The notes under the pieces were generated by a model. It was not told the DNA's origin. It saw only the letters and a list, made by a program, of their open reading frames with translations, and searched no databases. The position numbers and the translations under genes were made by a program. A stretch of 64,000 bases of DNA from the human T2T-CHM13v2.0 reference genome, Homo sapiens. The DNA lies in NCBI RefSeq assembly GCF_009914755.1, contig NC_060948.1; one strand, 5' to 3'. Shown here piece after piece: positions 57,874 through 64,000 of this stretch (position 1 is the stretch's first letter; each line of letters begins with the position of its first letter).

Positions 57874-59976
57874 AGATCCGTATTTTTTAAATGAAAAAAA
57901 ATTTCAAAGGTACTCTGCTTGGTACAATAATCAAATGTATAAACTGAGGAATAAAACATAACCATGAAACCTACTTATAACTGCATATGGAAAATACAGA
58001 GGATAATTTTTTAAATAACATATTTTGAAAGCCTTAACTAGTAATTTGAAGAGTTGGCATTTGAAAGGCCAGTATGAATATACCTTCAAAGCAGCAACAC
58101 AGGTTCCCCATGAGAAAAAGCAAACACAGGGAAAATAAAAACACAAAGGTTCAATCTCTTCTGACCTTTGAAAGACACAGCACAGACAGTGGTCCTTAGG
58201 ACGAAGAGCAGGAGACCCCTAATTCCGTCACCATGGCAATAGGGCATAAACATTGCTGGGTGAGGGCACAATCCACATTGTGAGGTCCAACTGCTGCCAG
58301 GAAGACAGGAGTGCTTTTACATAGACCGAAAGGTCATTGAAGGCTCAGAGTTTTGTTTCAAGAACTGAATCCCAAGCCCACACGTTATTAGGCTGCGCTT
58401 CTTAAAACAAGTTATGAGATGGGAAAAAGGGCACCCACAAACATACGTATACATTATGTATATAATAATATACAGTATCATATATATAATATATATAACC
58501 TATGTATAATATTGTTTTACATCCTGCATCTTATGTTATATATATTGTATAAAATATAATAATTGATAATATATAAGTTTTATAATTATACAATATGACA
58601 TATAGTATATATTATAATTTATGACATATATAATATATGTTATATGTCATATATAGAATATATTATACGGTTAATATACGTATTAAATATAAATTATACA
58701 TTATATATATTATATATAATATATCTGTTATATAAAATACCCATTATGCATAATATATATATTATGTCTATGTTATATATAGTATAAAACAACATATAAT
58801 AATATATAATTGTATATATAAAATGCGACATATAATATATATTATATTTTATAACATATGTAATATATATTATATATTATATATAATACGTTGTATGTAT
58901 AATACCTATATTAAATATATATTATATGACTATGTTATTAATTACATGTCACATGTGTTATATATTATATATTTTACATAGAATATACCGGTTACATACA
59001 ATATATACTATGTTACCTATAATGTATAATTTATTACATGTAAAATAAAGAATGCAACATATTATGTAAAATTTATAATATACCATATGTGGAATGTGAT
59101 ATATATAACATATAATATATGATATATGATATACAGTATATGATATATAACATACAATATATGATTCCTAATATATATGGTATACAATATATATTTTATG
59201 ATATGTATTCTATATGTTTTATATTCTGTTATATATAACTATTTGAAATTATATATAACTGTATAATATTTTATGTAAATATGTAATATAATATATATAA
59301 CTATATAATATATTATATATAACTATATATTATGTTATATATACTTTTATAACATAATTTACATAAAATATCATAATATAATATATATTATATTATTTCA
59401 TATTACATAATATATATTACATATCACCCAATATAACTAACATACATAATATTATAATATAGATTATATTATGTTATATTAAATATCATATATATCATGT
59501 ATCATATATTCTATAATATATATTACACATTATATAATATGTATGTTGTCTATTATGTGATATATATAACTATATATAATTATATTTTTATACATATAAC
59601 TAGATAAACATGTAATTCTACATATTTTCGTTTATAATATGTAGAATTATATAATCATATATAATTATTTATATTCTATAAAAAATTTTATCATTATATA
59701 AATTATAATATATAAAAATTATAATATGTACTACAAATATATATATTATATATCATATATGCTATAGTACCTTTGTTATATATCATAATACATATAAATG
59801 TGTATTATGTTATCTATAATTATATAATTTCATATATAAGATGTATAATGTGTATCATATATTATATATGTTATGTAATATATATAGTATATATAAGATG
59901 ACACAGGATAAATATTATATACTATGACATATAAAATATATGAGGTTATATGTTACATATAAGGCATAGCACATAA

Positions 59977-60291
<315 letters not shown>

Positions 60292-62394
60292 AGATCCATA
60301 TTTTGTAAATGAAAAAAAATTTCAAAGGTACTCTGCTTGGTACAATAATCAAATGTATAAACTGAGGAATAAAACATAACCATGAAACCTACTTATAACT
60401 GCATATGGAAAATACAGAGGATAATTTTTTAAATAACATATTTTGAAAGCCTTAACTAGTAATTTGAAGAGTTGGCATTTGAAAGGCCAGTATGAATATA
60501 CCTTCAAAGCAGCAACACAGGTTCCCCATGAGAAAAAGCAAACACAGGGAAAATAAAAACACAAAGGTTCAATCTCTTCTGACCTTTGAAAGACACAGCA
60601 CAGACAGTGGTCCTTAGGACGAAGAGCAGGAGACCCCTAATTCCGTCACCATGGCGATAGGGCATAAACATTGCTGGGTGAGGGCACAATCCACATTGTG
60701 AGGTCCAACTGCTGCCAGGAAGACAGGAGTGCTTTTACATAGACCGAAAGGTCATTGAAGGCTCAGAGTTTTGTTTCAAGAACTGAATCCCAAGCCCACA
60801 CGTTATTAGGCTGCGCTTCTTAAAACAAGTTATGAGATGGGAAAAAGGGCACCCACAAACATACGTATACATTATGTATATAATAATATACAGTATCATA
60901 TATATAATATATATAACCTATGTATAATATTGTTTTACATCCTGCATCTTATGTTATATATATTGTATAAAATATAATAATTGATAATATATAAGTTTTA
61001 TAATTATACAATATGACATATAGTATATATTATAATTTATGACATATATAATATATGTTATATGTCATATATAGAATATATTATACGGTTAATATACGTA
61101 TTAAATATAAATTATACATTATATATATTATATATAATATATCTGTTATATAAAATACCCATTATGCATAATATATATATTATGTCTATGTTATATATAG
61201 TATAAAACAACATATAATAATATATAATTGTATATATAAAATGCGACATATAATATATATTATATTTTATAACATATGTAATATATATTATATATTATAT
61301 ATAATACGTTGTATGTATAATACCTATATTAAATATATATTATATGACTATGTTATTAATTACATGTCACATGTGTTATATATTATATATTTTACATAGA
61401 ATATACCGGTTACATACAATATATACTATGTTACCTATAATGTATAATTTATTACATGTAAAATAAAGAATGCAACATATTATGTAAAATTTATAATATA
61501 CCATATGTGGAATGTGATATATATAACATATAATATATGATATATGATATACAGTATATGATATATAACATACAATATATGATTCCTAATATATATGGTA
61601 TACAATATATATTTTATGATATGTATTCTATATGTTTTATATTCTGTTATATATAACTATTTGAAATTATATATAACTGTATAATATTTTATGTAAATAT
61701 GTAATATAATATATATAACTATATAATATATTATATATAACTATATATTATGTTATATATACTTTTATAACATAATTTACATAAAATATCATAATATAAT
61801 ATATATTATATTATTTCATATTACATAATATATATTACATATCACCCAATATAACTAACATACATAATATTATAATATAGATTATATTATGTTATATTAA
61901 ATATCATATATATCATGTATCATATATTCTATAATATATATTACACATTATATAATATGTATGTTGTCTATTATGTGATATATATAACTATATATAATTA
62001 TATTTTTATACATATAACTAGATAAACATGTAATTCTACATATTTTCGTTTATAATATGTAGAATTATATAATCATATATAATTATTTATATTCTATAAA
62101 AAATTTTATCATTATATAAATTATAATATATAAAAATTATAATATGTACTACAAATATATATATTATATATCATATATGCTATAGTACCTTTGTTATATA
62201 TCATAATACATATAAATGTGTATTATGTTATCTATAATTATATAATTTCATATATAAGATGTATAATGTGTATCATATATTATATATGTTATGTAATATA
62301 TATAGTATATATAAGATGACACAGGATAAATATTATATACTATGACATATAAAATATATGAGGTTATATGTTACATATAAGGCATAGCACATAA

Positions 62395-62709
<315 letters not shown>

Positions 62710-64000
62710 AGATCCATATTTTGTAAATGAAAAAAAATTTCAAAGGTACTCTGCTTGGTACAATAATCAAATGTATAAACTGAGGAATAAAACATAACCA
62801 TGAAACCTACTTATAACTGCATATGGAAAATACAGAGGATAATTTTTTAAATAACATATTTTGAAAGCCTTAACTAGTAATTTGAAGAGTTGGCATTTGA
62901 AAGGCCAGTATGAATATACCTTCAAAGCAGCAACACAGGTTCCCCATGAGAAAAAGCAAACACAGGGAAAATAAAAACACAAAGGTTCAATCTCTTCTGA
63001 CCTTTGAAAGACACAGCACAGACAGTGGTCCTTAGGACGAAGAGCAGGAGACCCCTAATTCCGTCACCATGGCGATAGGGCATAAACATTGCTGGGTGAG
63101 GGCACAATCCACATTGTGAGGTCCAACTGCTGCCAGGAAGACAGGAGTGCTTTTACATAGACCGAAAGGTCATTGAAGGCTCAGAGTTTTGTTTCAAGAA
63201 CTGAATCCCAAGCCCACACGTTATTAGGCTGCGCTTCTTAAAACAAGTTATGAGATGGGAAAAAGGGCACCCACAAACATACGTATACATTATGTATATA
63301 ATAATATACAGTATCATATATATAATATATATAACCTATGTATAATATTGTTTTACATCCTGCATCTTATGTTATATATATTGTATAAAATATAATAGTT
63401 GATAATATATAAGTTTTATAATTATACAATATGACATATAGTATATATTATAATTTATGACATATATAATATATGTTATATGTCATATATAGAATATATT
63501 ATACGGTTAATATACGTATTAAATATAAATTATACATTATATATATTATATATAATATATCTGTTATATATAATACCCATTATGCATAATATATATATTA
63601 TGTCTATGTTATATATAGTATAAAACAACATATAATAATATATAATTGTATATATAAAATGCGACATATAATATATATTATATTTTATAACATATGTAAT
63701 ATATATTATATATTATATATAATACGTTGTATGTATAATACCTATATTAAATATATATTATATGACTATGTTATTAATTACATGTCACATGTGTTATATA
63801 TTATATATTTTACATAGAATATACCGGTTACATACAATATATACTATGTTACCTATAATGTATAATTTATTACATGTAAAATAAAGAATGCAATATATTA
63901 TGTAAAATTTATAATATACCATATGTGGAATGTGATATATATAACATATAATATATGATATATGATATACAGTATATGATATATAACATACAATATATGA

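Overview
The whole 64 kb window is one uninterrupted head-to-tail array of about 26.5 copies of a 2415-2422 bp unit. Each unit has three parts: a ~570 bp moderately GC-rich HSATI-type segment, a ~1.55 kb extremely AT-rich low-complexity (TA)n-like domain, and a ~290 bp diverged Alu on the minus strand whose poly(A) tail abuts the AT domain. The unit length, three-part structure and a predicted ~2.14 kb HaeIII fragment identify it as human DYZ2 / HSat1B satellite, most likely Yq12 heterochromatin. There are no credible genes: the supplied ORFs are chance frames repeated once per unit. I found no evidence of a new coding or mobile system. The main information is in the variants, which I compared by eye. 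Units fall into subfamilies arranged as nested multi-unit duplications (an apparent 6-unit cassette whose second copy has expanded internally), with recombinant units and discordant shared SNVs that suggest gene conversion. Unit starts used (TGAAAGGCCAG): U1 1, U2 2419, U3 4837, U4 7255, U5 9675, U6 12095, U7 14515, U8 16930, U9 19352, U10 21770, U11 24190, U12 26610, U13 29030, U14 31448, U15 33868, U16 36288, U17 38706, U18 41126, U19 43541, U20 45963, U21 48385, U22 50800, U23 53220, U24 55640, U25 58062, U26 60480, U27 62898 (partial).
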